Of a DNA stretch of 64,000 bases, positions 39,583 to 49,800 are shown in pieces. Position numbers and translations under genes: made by a program. The stretch covers positions 832,001 through 896,000 of the forward strand of contig CBDCWI010000001.1 of NCBI GenBank assembly GCA_965223325.1, given 5' to 3'. Below the pieces are notes generated by a model. That model did not search any database. It was not told where the DNA came from and saw nothing but the letters and a program-made list of their open reading frames with translations. Every line of letters starts with the position of its first letter. Positions within the stretch are counted from its first letter, which is position 1. Origin of the DNA: Candidatus Multivoradales bacterium. GTDB lineage: Bacteria > Acidobacteriota > Thermoanaerobaculia > Multivoradales > Multivoraceae.

Positions 39583-39878
39583 GGAAAGGTAAAGATCCCG
39601 GTACGGCACCCACGCCGCCAGACGATCGAGATGGCGTAGTTGCCCACCGGTCGAATCGACTCGGGCTCGATGTCACGCGGCGGCTCTTGGAACTCGACTC
39701 CTCCCCCATGACCCTGACAACCGGCGCAAGGGCAGTGGCCCGCCAGGTGGCGCCAGGTCAGAGTGGCGCTCCAACCGTCATCCCAGGTGAAGGCGATCGC
39801 ACGTTGCTCGGGAAGGCGACGCACTTCGACCAGAGGCCGTGGCCCCTTCTCTGGCCGTGCCTGTTGAAGCGACTTCAC
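39513..39878 (-). CDS. DUF971 / GBBH-like N-terminal domain protein
   Basis: WDDG, CPCAGC, VGNYAI and GIFTFPYLREL. Confidence 0.85.
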   Translation of the reverse strand: MKSLQQARPEKGPRPLVEVRRLPEQRAIAFTWDDGWSATLTWRHLAGHCPCAGCQGHGGGVEFQEPPRDIEPESIRPVGNYAISIVWRRGCRTGIFTFPYLRELANKPEPPDPALLAEPPS

Positions 39879-39917
39879 CGGAAGGAGCTCCGTCGTGGCC
39901 GTCGCTCTCCTCAGAAG

Positions 39918-41612
39918 TCATGAGGCGCTCTTCCGGCGGCCCTTCTTCTTTGTCGCGCGCTTCTTGCCCTTCTTCCTGGTGCTCGTCTTCTTGGCGCTCT
40001 TCTTCCTAGCGCTCTTCTTCCTGGCAGCGCGTGCCGGAGTCGTCTGCTTGCGCTTGGCAGTCTTCCTGGCCACCTTCTTCTTGGTCTTTCGCGCCGGCTT
40101 CTTTCTGGTGCTCTTCTTCGCCGAAGCCTTCTTTGCATGGGCCTTCTTTGGAGGACGTTTCTTTGCTCTGGCCTCGCTGCCAGAGGTGAATTCGAGCTGC
40201 TCGAAGCCTTTGTCTGGCGCCACTCCGGCGAGCTCCCGCAATTCATCAAACGAGGCGCGCAGCGCATCGGACAGCTCCCACGGGTCAGGAATCTGCTTGC
40301 GGTCGACGGTGGCGCCAAGGGTCATTCGGCCTTCGTAGGTGAGGATCGAAATGAACAAACCGATGTTGTTCGAAACCACCCCCATCGGTAGCCAGTGCAG
40401 CAAGCGGCGACCGGCCTGGTAGAGCGGAATCTGCGGGCCTGGAACGTTGGTCGACACGGTGTTGAAGACCCGCTGCCCCGGCATCGGCAAGCCGCCGACC
40501 AGACCTTGCAACCCCGGCGGCACCAGCTCGCCCATGCGGGTCATCTCGTAGAAAGCATCCGCCTGTTTCGACTCCTTGAGACTCGCCATGCCTTCGCACT
40601 CGGCGAGATGACGCTCGGCCGGGTCTTCGATGCCCACGTAGAGCGGCGCGATCATCACCGAGACCAGGTTGCCGAGCTTCCCGTGCTCGGCCTTCTGGCG
40701 CATGCTCACCGGACACATCGCGCGCAGTTCCAGCCCTTCGGTCTTCTCGCCGCGCGCCCGCAGGTAGCGCCCCAGGCCCCCACTCAGCGTCGTCAAAACG
40801 AGGTCGTTGACCGTGCCTCCGAGGGCATTCTTGATCTGTCGCGCTTCGGTAAACGAAAAATCAGCCCAGGCCCATGCCAGTTCACCGCTCACCCGGTTGT
40901 TCCAGGGCGTCGACGGCGCTGGGCGCAGGGTCTGGGGCAAGGTACGGGCCATGGCACGGCGCATGGTGGTGGCCTGCTCGGCGAACCGTTGCGGACGCAA
41001 GGCGTCGAAGGCGGTTTCCGTGAGCGCGCGAGTGACTTCGCCGGTGCGGTGCTCTATCGCCTCCTGCATCAGCGACAAGAAGTCTGGAAGTGGCGGTGGA
41101 TTCCAGTCTTCGGTTGGTGGCGGCGGCGGCTCGGCATCTGCCGCGTAGTCGTTGAGCAGCATGGTCAGGTCGATGCCCGAGACGCCGTCGATCATCGCGT
41201 GGTGCACCTTCCAGACAACGGCGGTGTGTTCGCCGTCAAAGCCATGCACGACAACCGCCGCCCACAGCGGACGATCACGATCGAGCATGCCCGAGTAGGC
41301 CTCGGCGATCACTTGCGAGAACTCGGCCATGTCGGCGCCGGGCCGGAGCTCGACTTCGTCGATGTGGTGGTTGATATCGAAGTCGGGGTCATCGATCCAC
41401 ATCGGGTGCGAAATGCCGAGCGGCGGAAAGACCACTCGCTGGCGGTAGCGCGGCACATGATGGAGACGGTCGGCAAGCAGTCGAATGAGCTCGGCGCGCT
41501 CCATGCGCCCTTCGTAGACCATGCACGAGCCGATATGAAGCGCTTCGGTCGGCTTCTCGAAGTAGAGAAACGACGAGTCGAGAGTCGTCAAGTAGCGTTC
41601 GAGACCAGACAT
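39918..41612 (-). CDS. Wax ester synthase / diacylglycerol acyltransferase with histone-H1-like Lys/Arg tail
   Basis: LDSSFL, LDRDRPLW, catalytic HHAMIDG, TVNDLVL and STNVPGP, followed by an ~80-aa basic tail. ATG at 41612. Confidence 0.92.
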   Translation of the reverse strand: MSGLERYLTTLDSSFLYFEKPTEALHIGSCMVYEGRMERAELIRLLADRLHHVPRYRQRVVFPPLGISHPMWIDDPDFDINHHIDEVELRPGADMAEFSQVIAEAYSGMLDRDRPLWAAVVVHGFDGEHTAVVWKVHHAMIDGVSGIDLTMLLNDYAADAEPPPPPTEDWNPPPLPDFLSLMQEAIEHRTGEVTRALTETAFDALRPQRFAEQATTMRRAMARTLPQTLRPAPSTPWNNRVSGELAWAWADFSFTEARQIKNALGGTVNDLVLTTLSGGLGRYLRARGEKTEGLELRAMCPVSMRQKAEHGKLGNLVSVMIAPLYVGIEDPAERHLAECEGMASLKESKQADAFYEMTRMGELVPPGLQGLVGGLPMPGQRVFNTVSTNVPGPQIPLYQAGRRLLHWLPMGVVSNNIGLFISILTYEGRMTLGATVDRKQIPDPWELSDALRASFDELRELAGVAPDKGFEQLEFTSGSEARAKKRPPKKAHAKKASAKKSTRKKPARKTKKKVARKTAKRKQTTPARAARKKSARKKSAKKTSTRKKGKKRATKKKGRRKSAS

Positions 41613-41764
41613 AGGCGAACCTCGGATCGGGCATGGGATTCCAAGGAGCCCCAGCCTGCAGCACGCTCGCTGCTGAAAGTGAGTGCGAACGCCTAGGTTA
41701 CCCCGAACGACGATCTGAAGCGGCAGAACGCCTGGCCCGGTTCTCATCTCGCTGTCGCCGAACG

Positions 41765-44276
41765 TCAGGTCTCTGGTAGCGGCTCCGCGGCTTCGCCATC
41801 TTCAACCTGCTCGACCGGTTGGGGTTTGGCTCGCTCGTCGGGCCTCTCGTCGCGGACCTCTTTGTCCTTGTGCGGAGACTGCGCCGCCAGCTCCCAGAAC
41901 TCACGACTGCGGTCGACCGCCAGTCGCAGCAAGCTGCCTTCGGGGTAGCACTTGGCCTCTTCGTCCCACTCCCCGGCCGGCATGCCGGTGAAGAGCTCGA
42001 GAGCGTCTTCGATGCGCTCGACGGAGTAGACGTGGAACTCGCCCCGATCCGCCGCCTCGACGACGTCGGCACGCAACATCAGGTCACCAGCGTTTGCACT
42101 CGGGATGATGACTCCCTGGTCGCCGGTCAATCCGAAGCGGTTGCAGGTGTCGTAGAAGCCTTCGATCTTCTCGTTCACCCCGCCGATCGCCTGGATGTGG
42201 CCGTGTTGATCAATCGCGCCGGTCATCGCCAGGCCCTGGCGCATGGGGATGTCGGTCAGTGCCGAGAGCAGGCAACAGATCTCGGCTCCCGACGCCGAGT
42301 CGCCGTCGATACCGCCGTACGACTGTTCGAAGGCAAGCGAAGCGCTGAACGCCAGCGGGTGCGACGATTGCAGCAAGTGGCGCAAGAGACCGCCCAGGAT
42401 GTGGAAGCCCTTGGTGTGAATCGAACCTGAAAGCGAGGCACTGGCTTCGATGTCGATCAAGCCAGACCGGCCAACACCGATCGTGGCGGTGATTCTCGCG
42501 GGAAAACCATAGGTGATCGGACCGGCCTGGATGACCGCTAGCCCGTTGACCTGGCCGACGACCGAGCCCTCAGTTTCGATGCGAATGACCCGGCGGGCGA
42601 TCATTTCCTGGAACTTGCGCTGTGGCAGAGACGCGCGCTTCTTGGTGCGTCGCACGGCTCGCACGACGTGCTCCCCGGTCACCAACTTCGCCCTCCTCGC
42701 GCCGTGCCAGAAAGGCCGCCTCGCGGGCGAGATCACCGAGACGTCCGAAGCGCGCCGTCAACTTGCCTTGATGCGCCGCGATTCGCGCACCGTGCTCGGC
42801 GAGCGCCTCGACCGCGTCACGTCGAAACGGCAGCAGCTTCTCGGTGCGCGCCAGCTGCGCGATCACCTCGGCATAGTTGCGCATGCCATCCTGATCGCGA
42901 TCGATCTCGCGGTCGAAGTCCGCTAGAACTTTGAACAGCTCTTCGAAGTCGGGGTCTGCACGATCGAGCAGGTAGTAGATGTTGGCGTCGCCAATCAAGA
43001 TGACCCGTACGTCGATTGGAATCGGTTCAGGGCTCACCAGACCACGGGTGCGAAACCAAGCCAACTCGGGCGGCACGATCTCGAGCATCCCCGAGCGCAG
43101 GGTGCGCATCAAGGCGCGCCAGGCACCGGGCTCGCTCAACAGGTCGTACGCATCGAGGATCAGGAAGCCACTATCGGCGTGCAGCAGCGAGCCGGCCCGA
43201 ATGCCTGCGTGATCGGGTGGCGCCGGGCCGTCGCCGTCCCACGCCAGCTCGACTGTCCCGAGCAGAGTCGTCAAGTTGGGTGCCAGCTCAATGGAGACCG
43301 GCGGCAGACCGTCGAGCGGTGCTTCGCGCACGACGTTGACGCCATAGCGATCCGCCGCTGCAGGCAGCGGACCACTGGGCCGCACCCGGTTCTCGACGAC
43401 GTCTGCGATGACTTCGTCGAGAAAGATCTTCATCGCCGGCTGGTCGTAGTCAGCTCGAATGCGGGCAACCTGTTCGCGCACGAAGTCGCGTGCCGCGCCT
43501 TCGATCTGCGCCTGGATCTTCTCGATCCCTTCCTGCTGCACCTTGACCACTTTGACCGTCGTGTCTTCGACTTTCTGCTGGTACGCCGGTAGTTGCTCCT
43601 TGAACTTGGCGAGCACATCGGGCGGAACCTCACCGGCAGCGGTGGCCCGTTCGAGCTCTGGCGGTGGCACGGGCTTGCCTTCGACGAGCGGAAAAATGGC
43701 GCTGCGGGTCGCCTGGCCCTGCTGTACCTGGACCAGCTCGAGGCCAACGCTGCGCAGCTCCTTTTCGAGTGGCCCGGTCAACGCTTCGACCTGTTCGCGC
43801 ACCGCACGCTCCACAGCGCGACGCTCGGCAAGGTAGGCCTCGGCATCGAGCATGTTGTGCAGATCTTCGTCGACGAAGCGCGCCACTTCGCGCATCCGCC
43901 GCCTGAACAGCGGTCCCTCACCAGAGTTCAAGCGAATCAGGCGCGGCCGATCAGGCTGGTGGAAGTTATGGACGTAGCAGTGGTCATGGAGCGGCGCGGG
44001 GTCGATGACCTGATCGCGTAGTTCCTGCAGCAGCCGGGTCACCATCGTGCGGCGGCCGGTACCGCGCGGCCCACGTACGTAGACGTTCTGCCCGCGGGCG
44101 CGCGAGAGAATCGCGAACTCGAGCGCCTCGAGGGCGGTCGACTGCCCCACCACGTGGCCACTGGGGTCGAGATCGGCGGTGGTCTCGAAGTCGAAGCACT
44201 CCTTGCTGCACTGCCAGCGCAGTTCTCGAGCGGCCAGGCGTGTCTTCTCTTGTACTTCGCTGGTCATCAGAGCCAC
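41765..44276 (-). pseudogene. LonC/Lon-like protease split by a +1 frameshift near 42690 (pseudogene or sequencing error)
   Basis: ORF 44276-42570 carries VVGQ..ALEF, GPRGTGR, YVHNF, AGSLLHADSG and FKVLADF. ORF 42736-41765 carries GQVNGL, HTKG, FEQSYGGIDGDSAS (catalytic Ser) and IGGVNEKIEGF (Lys). Joined length is ~836 aa. Confidence 0.85.
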
Positions 44277-44435
44277 TCTCCCTCAGTTCCTTGTTCAGGC
44301 GCCACGATCTCACAGGTCGACGGCAGGAGCGAGGCCTGGGAATACCTGCTGCTACCGCACGTCGCCGAAACCGTGGAAGACTATCGCCGTCGGCTCGTCT
44401 CCGCATCCGGCCACCCCGTTTCCAGCTCTCTTTCG

Positions 44436-45248
44436 ATGCACAACGAACCCAGCGCCAGCGATTCCTATGGCAGCCCGCGAGCCCTGATCAGAGAACCCCA
44501 GGCCAACCCGGCCGTAGCGGGAGAACGAGCGCCCAGTGCGAACCCTCGCCCCAGGCTCTCGAAGACCCGCCACCTGCTCAACAACGAGGTGATTCTAGGG
44601 CTCAGTCGGGCGGTCTATGCGCTCACATCGCGATGCCACATCCTGGGCCGAGGGAGGGTGCCGCAGGACCACGAAGGTCTGTTACTCGCCTGCCCCCACA
44701 TTTCGCACTACGACCCAGTCTCCGTGTCGGCCCTCCTCGGTCGCCACGTCACCTGGATGGCACGCCAGGAGTTTTTCGAGACCAGCATCTCGCGCTGGTT
44801 CGTCACCCAGGCGGGCTGCTTCTCCATCGATCGCTTCGGCAGCGCCCTGCCGGGCATGCGTCGTGGCCTCGCCCACCTGCGGGGTGGCCGGTTGGTAGGG
44901 GTCTTTCCTGAAGGTGAACTGAAGTGGGGCGACGATTCGGTACTCCTGGGCGGTCCGCTCAAAGAGGGTGCAGCCCTCCTGGCACGCCGGGCCCGTGTAC
45001 CGATTGTCCCCTGCGTGTCGCTGGGCAACGGTCAATTCCGGCGCTTTGTCCGCTGGCTGCCGATTCGTTCTGGTGAGCTCTGGATCGGGTTCGGCGAGCC
45101 AATCTACCCAGACATGTCGCTTAGACCGGGCCGGGCCTCGCGCCGCGAGCTGACGAAGCGGTTGGCGGTAGCGCTCTGCGCGCTCTATGAAGAGATGCGG
45201 CAGGAGTTCGATATCCCCGAGTCGGCACGACCGCTCCACCGCCCATGA
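44436..45248 (+). CDS. Lysophospholipid acyltransferase (PlsC-like)
   Basis: HISHYD (HX4D), FSIDR, VFPEG and VPIVP. Start is uncertain. Confidence 0.85.
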   Translation: MHNEPSASDSYGSPRALIREPQANPAVAGERAPSANPRPRLSKTRHLLNNEVILGLSRAVYALTSRCHILGRGRVPQDHEGLLLACPHISHYDPVSVSALLGRHVTWMARQEFFETSISRWFVTQAGCFSIDRFGSALPGMRRGLAHLRGGRLVGVFPEGELKWGDDSVLLGGPLKEGAALLARRARVPIVPCVSLGNGQFRRFVRWLPIRSGELWIGFGEPIYPDMSLRPGRASRRELTKRLAVALCALYEEMRQEFDIPESARPLHRP

Positions 45249-45937
45249 CTGGAGCGCGGCGTCCTCGCCACAGCCGTCCGCCGCAGGACGGGTTCTATCG
45301 GTTGGTGTGTTGGATCGGCCGGCCGATCTTCAAAGTCGTCTCGCGACCGGTTGTTCTCAACCCGGAGCGCGGCGAGCTCGAGGGCGGTTGGCTCCTGGCG
45401 TCGAACCACCTGGCGCCCTACGACGTGTCGTGCCTGATCAACACGACGCGGCGACACATCGACTGGGTGAGCATTGTCGAGATGTTCAAGAAGCCGCTGG
45501 TTGGCTGGTTCTTCGGGTCCTTGAACGCGATGCCGTTAGATCGCAGTCGCACCGACGGGGTGACGGTTCGCACAGTGATCGAGCGGTTGAACGCCGGCCG
45601 GGTGGTGGGTATCTTTCCGGAGGGCGGGCTGCGGAGACTCGAGCAGTCGGTGATCTCGGGTGGGCGTTTTCGCTCGGGTGTTGGACGGATGGCCCAGATG
45701 GCCAACGTGCCGATCGTCCCGGTGGCAGTGCTTGGCACCGAGGCGTTCTCGAACCCGCTGGCCTGGCTGCCACTTCGGCGCACGCGCTACGGCGTAGCCT
45801 ACGGGGAGCCACTTCTCATTCGCGAGGAGCTGAACGAAAAGGAAGCGCGGCACGAGATCGAGGAGCGCTGGCGAGACGCGGTAGTGGCATTGGCTGGGGA
45901 GTTGCAAACGGCAATGGAAGGGGCTCTCCAGGACTAG
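45245..45937 (+). CDS. Lysophospholipid acyltransferase (PlsC-like)
   Basis: SNHLAPYD, PLDR, IFPEG and VPIVPV. ATGA overlap with the upstream paralog. Confidence 0.87.
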   Translation: MTGARRPRHSRPPQDGFYRLVCWIGRPIFKVVSRPVVLNPERGELEGGWLLASNHLAPYDVSCLINTTRRHIDWVSIVEMFKKPLVGWFFGSLNAMPLDRSRTDGVTVRTVIERLNAGRVVGIFPEGGLRRLEQSVISGGRFRSGVGRMAQMANVPIVPVAVLGTEAFSNPLAWLPLRRTRYGVAYGEPLLIREELNEKEARHEIEERWRDAVVALAGELQTAMEGALQD

Positions 45938-46009
45938 AGGTGGCGACTGGTTGGTCGGAGTTGCCTGGCTCGAGGTGGAGTCGGCGCAGAGGGCCTCTGC
46001 CCAAGGGTC

Positions 46010-46819
46010 CTAGCTCTCTCTGCGGCAGACGAACGCGACCTCGTCACCTGGCACGAGACCGAGGGCCCTGGCTTGTGGGCCGGCGACCTGGCAGAGGTCG
46101 ACGGCTTCTACCCGGTCGAAGGCGCCGGCCAGACGGTCTTCGACTTCGAGGCCGTAGTCGCGGTAGTGGCCGTTGTTGCTGAGCTCCGGGAAATCGATCG
46201 TCTGGTGACGGGTCCAGACTCCGGGGATGGTGATGACGGCGATGCCACCGGGCTTCAAGATCCTCGCAAGCTCAGACATTGCCGCAACGTCGTCGGGCAC
46301 GTGCTCGAGGACGTGGTTGGTGAGGGCGACGTCGTAGATGGCGTCTTCGAAGGTCAGTGCCTGGATGTCCTGGCGTGGATGATCTACGTCTTCGAGGAAG
46401 TAGTCGGAGGTTTCGTAGTCACCTGCCAGGTCTTCGAGCAGCGGACCGAGGACCGGCTCAGGGGCGAAGTGGATGATGCGCGGTGCTGTAAGGGGCGCCA
46501 GGAGCTGGCGGTAGAGAATCGCGAGGCCTCGATGGCGCTTCCGAGAGTCGCACCGCGGGCAGGCGGAGTGCCAGGAGATGCGTAGCTCGTTCGACGAGTG
46601 GGAGAGGTGCTTGAGCTTGTAGTCGCAGAGATTGCAGAAGTACCTCTTTCGTCTTCGCGCCTGCCCCACCATATTGGCTCCCTCAGAGACGAGGAAGTTC
46701 GACGCCGAGCGGAACTCGCCATTGCGCAAGCGCCACAACATCCCAGAGCCGAGGCGGCGGAGGGTGTGAGGCTTGCGGGCGTTTCCAGCGCCAGGATTCT
46801 TGGCGGTGGTTTGCTGCAT
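46010..46819 (-). CDS. Class I SAM-dependent methyltransferase with N-terminal CxxC..CxxC
   Basis: CNLC...CPRCDSRKRHR, HFAPE, NHVLEHVPDD and RILKPGG. Starts 3 nt after the dnaE stop. Confidence 0.85.
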   Translation of the reverse strand: MQQTTAKNPGAGNARKPHTLRRLGSGMLWRLRNGEFRSASNFLVSEGANMVGQARRRKRYFCNLCDYKLKHLSHSSNELRISWHSACPRCDSRKRHRGLAILYRQLLAPLTAPRIIHFAPEPVLGPLLEDLAGDYETSDYFLEDVDHPRQDIQALTFEDAIYDVALTNHVLEHVPDDVAAMSELARILKPGGIAVITIPGVWTRHQTIDFPELSNNGHYRDYGLEVEDRLAGAFDRVEAVDLCQVAGPQARALGLVPGDEVAFVCRRES

Positions 46820-46822
46820 GTC

Positions 46823-49800
46823 CTACTGGCCTGGGTAGGTCCAGGCTGGGTCGGTCTCAACTGGCGGCGGTGCGAGGGTCCTGGCAGGGCCCCCTTGCAC
46901 TCTCTCGGGGCCGTGTAGGGAACAGGCGCCGTCGCGGCCGAGGAGTTCGTCGACGCGACCTGGTAAGCCCGGGTCGACCGGAACGCGGAGGCCGGAGGGG
47001 CGATGGTGGACAACCCGACCGCCGAGGCGTATTTCGAAGACGACTTCTGCGGCGGAGCCGTTGATGCGCTTCTTTTCATCGTCGAGGAGTTCGCGCAGTT
47101 TCATCAGCTCGTCCTTCATCGACGCGCCTTCGGGTTCCTCGGTCGCTTCGTTGGCCGCGCCCCTCGTTGCTTCGGGCGGCTGGAGGCCGGCGTCCTCGAG
47201 GCAAATGCGAACGCGACTGCAGAACTGAGACGGGGCATCTTCGAGGGTCACGACTTTTTCGACCAGCAGGTTGGGCTCTTCGCGGCGCCGGTCGACGGTG
47301 CCTTTCCAGAACAGAATCGCGTCTTCTTTGAGCACGTGCTCCAGCGCGAGGTAGGCCTCGGAGAACACCACGGCATCCATCTTTCCGTGGTGGTCTTCGA
47401 TGGTGAGCATGGCCATCTTTTGACCTGGGTTGCGGCCGCTTCTGGTCCGCACGACGCGCAGGTTGGTGATCATCGCACCGACGATGATTTCGCTCTTGCC
47501 TGGCAGCTCCTGGGCCTGGGCGAGGTTGGCGCTCGAGAAGTTCTCGAGCACGTCTTCGTGCTCATCCAGTGGATGCTTGCTGGCAAAGAACCCGAGGGCG
47601 GCCTTCTCGTGCTGCAACTGCTCGGCCGAACTCCAGGGCTCGACCTGGGGAAGCTCGGCGACCGCTTCTTCGGAGGTTTCATTGGCTGCGCCGCCGAACA
47701 GTGAGCTCTGGCCGCTGTCACGGTCGGCGGCGGCACGTTGGCCGTGTTTGACGACGCGTTCGAGGGCGGCGAAGAGGGTCGAGCGCATTTCCTCTCCGTG
47801 AATCGAGTCGAAGGCGCCGGCTTTCATCAGCGCCTCGACCGTCGACTTGTTGACCAGGCTCGGCGGCACGCGCTCGACGAAGTCGAAGATGCTTTGGAAG
47901 GGCCCGCCGGATTCGCGCGCTTCGAGAGTGGCCTCGACCGCCTTGGCGCCAACTCCCTTGATCGCGTCGAGGCCAAACCGGATATGGCCAGCCGAGGGTG
48001 TGACCTCTTCGCCGTCTTCGTAGACGACCTGGAAGCGATGTCGCGAAGTGTTGACGTCGGGTGGTTTGACCAGCGTGCCGCGCTCGCCGTTGGGCAACAG
48101 GACGCGCTTGCACTCGTCGAGGTAGGTGACCAGCTTGTCGGTGTTGTCGGATTCGAAGGTCAAGACCGCGGCCATGAACTGGACCGGGAAGTAGGTCTTG
48201 AGAAACGCCGTCTGGAAGGCGAGGATCGAATAGCCAACCGAGTGCGACTTGTTGAAGCCGTAGCCGGCGAACTTGAGGATGAGCTCGAACAGCTCCGCGG
48301 CTTTTCGACGTGCGAGGCCACGGGTTTCGGCGCCATCGAGGAAGCGGGCGCGGGCGGCGTTGATGGTCTCGTGCTTCTTTTTCGAGATCGCCTTGATCAG
48401 GCTGTAGGCCTCACGCAACGGGATGCCGCCGAGCTCGTGGGCGATCTGCATGACCTGTTCCTGGTACACCATGATGCCGTAGGTGTCTTCGGTGAAACGG
48501 TCGACGATCTCGTGCACCTTTGGCACTCGCGCCTCACCGTTCTTGCGCTTGCAGTAGTCGTCGATGAGGGCCATCGGTCCCGGCCGATAGAGAGCGTTGC
48601 CGGCGACCAGGTCTTCGAGCCGATCGGGACGCATCTTGAGCAGCAGGCTGCGCATACCGTCGGACTCGAACTGGAAGGTGCCGACCGTCTCGCCGCGCCG
48701 GTAGAGATCGAGCACCTTCGGATCGGTGAAGTCGATGCGGTCGAGATCGAGTGGATCGGGCGCGTTGGGCGGCAAAGGCACGGTATGGCCGAGTGCTCTC
48801 TGGACCTGCTCCTCGGAGAGCGTCTCGCGCACCAGTGCGCGCGCCCGTTCGACGACCGAAAGGGTCTTGAGCCCCAGGAAGTCCATCTTGAGCAGGCCCA
48901 TGGACTCGACGGTGGGCCCGTCCCACTGTGTCACCAGGATGTCCTTGGGACCGCTGTCGCGATTCTTCTTGTCGCTCTTCTTGGTGCCCTGCTTCGAGAT
49001 CGCTAGCGGAACCAGGTTGTCGAGGGGTTGGGTGGCGAGCACCACACCGGCGGCATGCACGCCGCTATGACGGGTAATGCCCTCTAGAGCCTGCGCGGTG
49101 TCGATGACCGACTTGACATGCGGATCGCGGCAGAGGCTCTCGAGCTCGGGTTCCTGACCGAGCGCATCTTGGATGGTGATGCCGAGCTGGTCGCCAATCA
49201 GTTTGCAGATCTTGTCGACGTCAGGCAGCGGCAGGTTGAGGACTCGACCGACATCGCGCACCGCAGCGCGCGCCTTCATCGTTCCAAAGGTGATGATCTG
49301 GGCGACGTAGCCGTACTTCTCGCGCACGTAGTCGAGGATCTCGGCGCGGCCGTCTTGACACAGGTCGATATCGATATCGGGATACTCCGACCGATCGGGA
49401 TCGGTGAAGCGCTCGAAGAGGAGGCCGTACTGCACCGGGCAGGCGTTCGAAAGACCGAGGCAGTAGCCGACCATCGTGCCAACACCGGAGCCACGGGCCA
49501 TCGCTGGAATACCACGGTTGCGTGCCTCGTTGACGAAATCCCAGACGATCAGGAAGTAGGCGCTGATGTGCTTGGAGGACAGGACCCCGAGCTCGCGTTC
49601 GAGGCGCTGGCGGTGCGCCTCGGTAACACCCTCGTCGCCATAGCGCCACACCAGGCCAGCCTCGGCGAGCTCGCGCAGGGCTGCGTCGCAGCGTTCTTCA
49701 CGTTCTTCGTGGGTGAGCTCACCGGCGGTGGTCGAATCGACCGGAACCAGACGGTAGGTCGACGAGAATCGCCGGTGCCACTCGGGTGAGCCCCGCGGCG

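Noticed and set aside
39895-40338. Hydrophobic Phe-rich ORF resembling a membrane protein
   Set aside because: It is the antisense of the Lys-rich (AAG) WS/DGAT tail.
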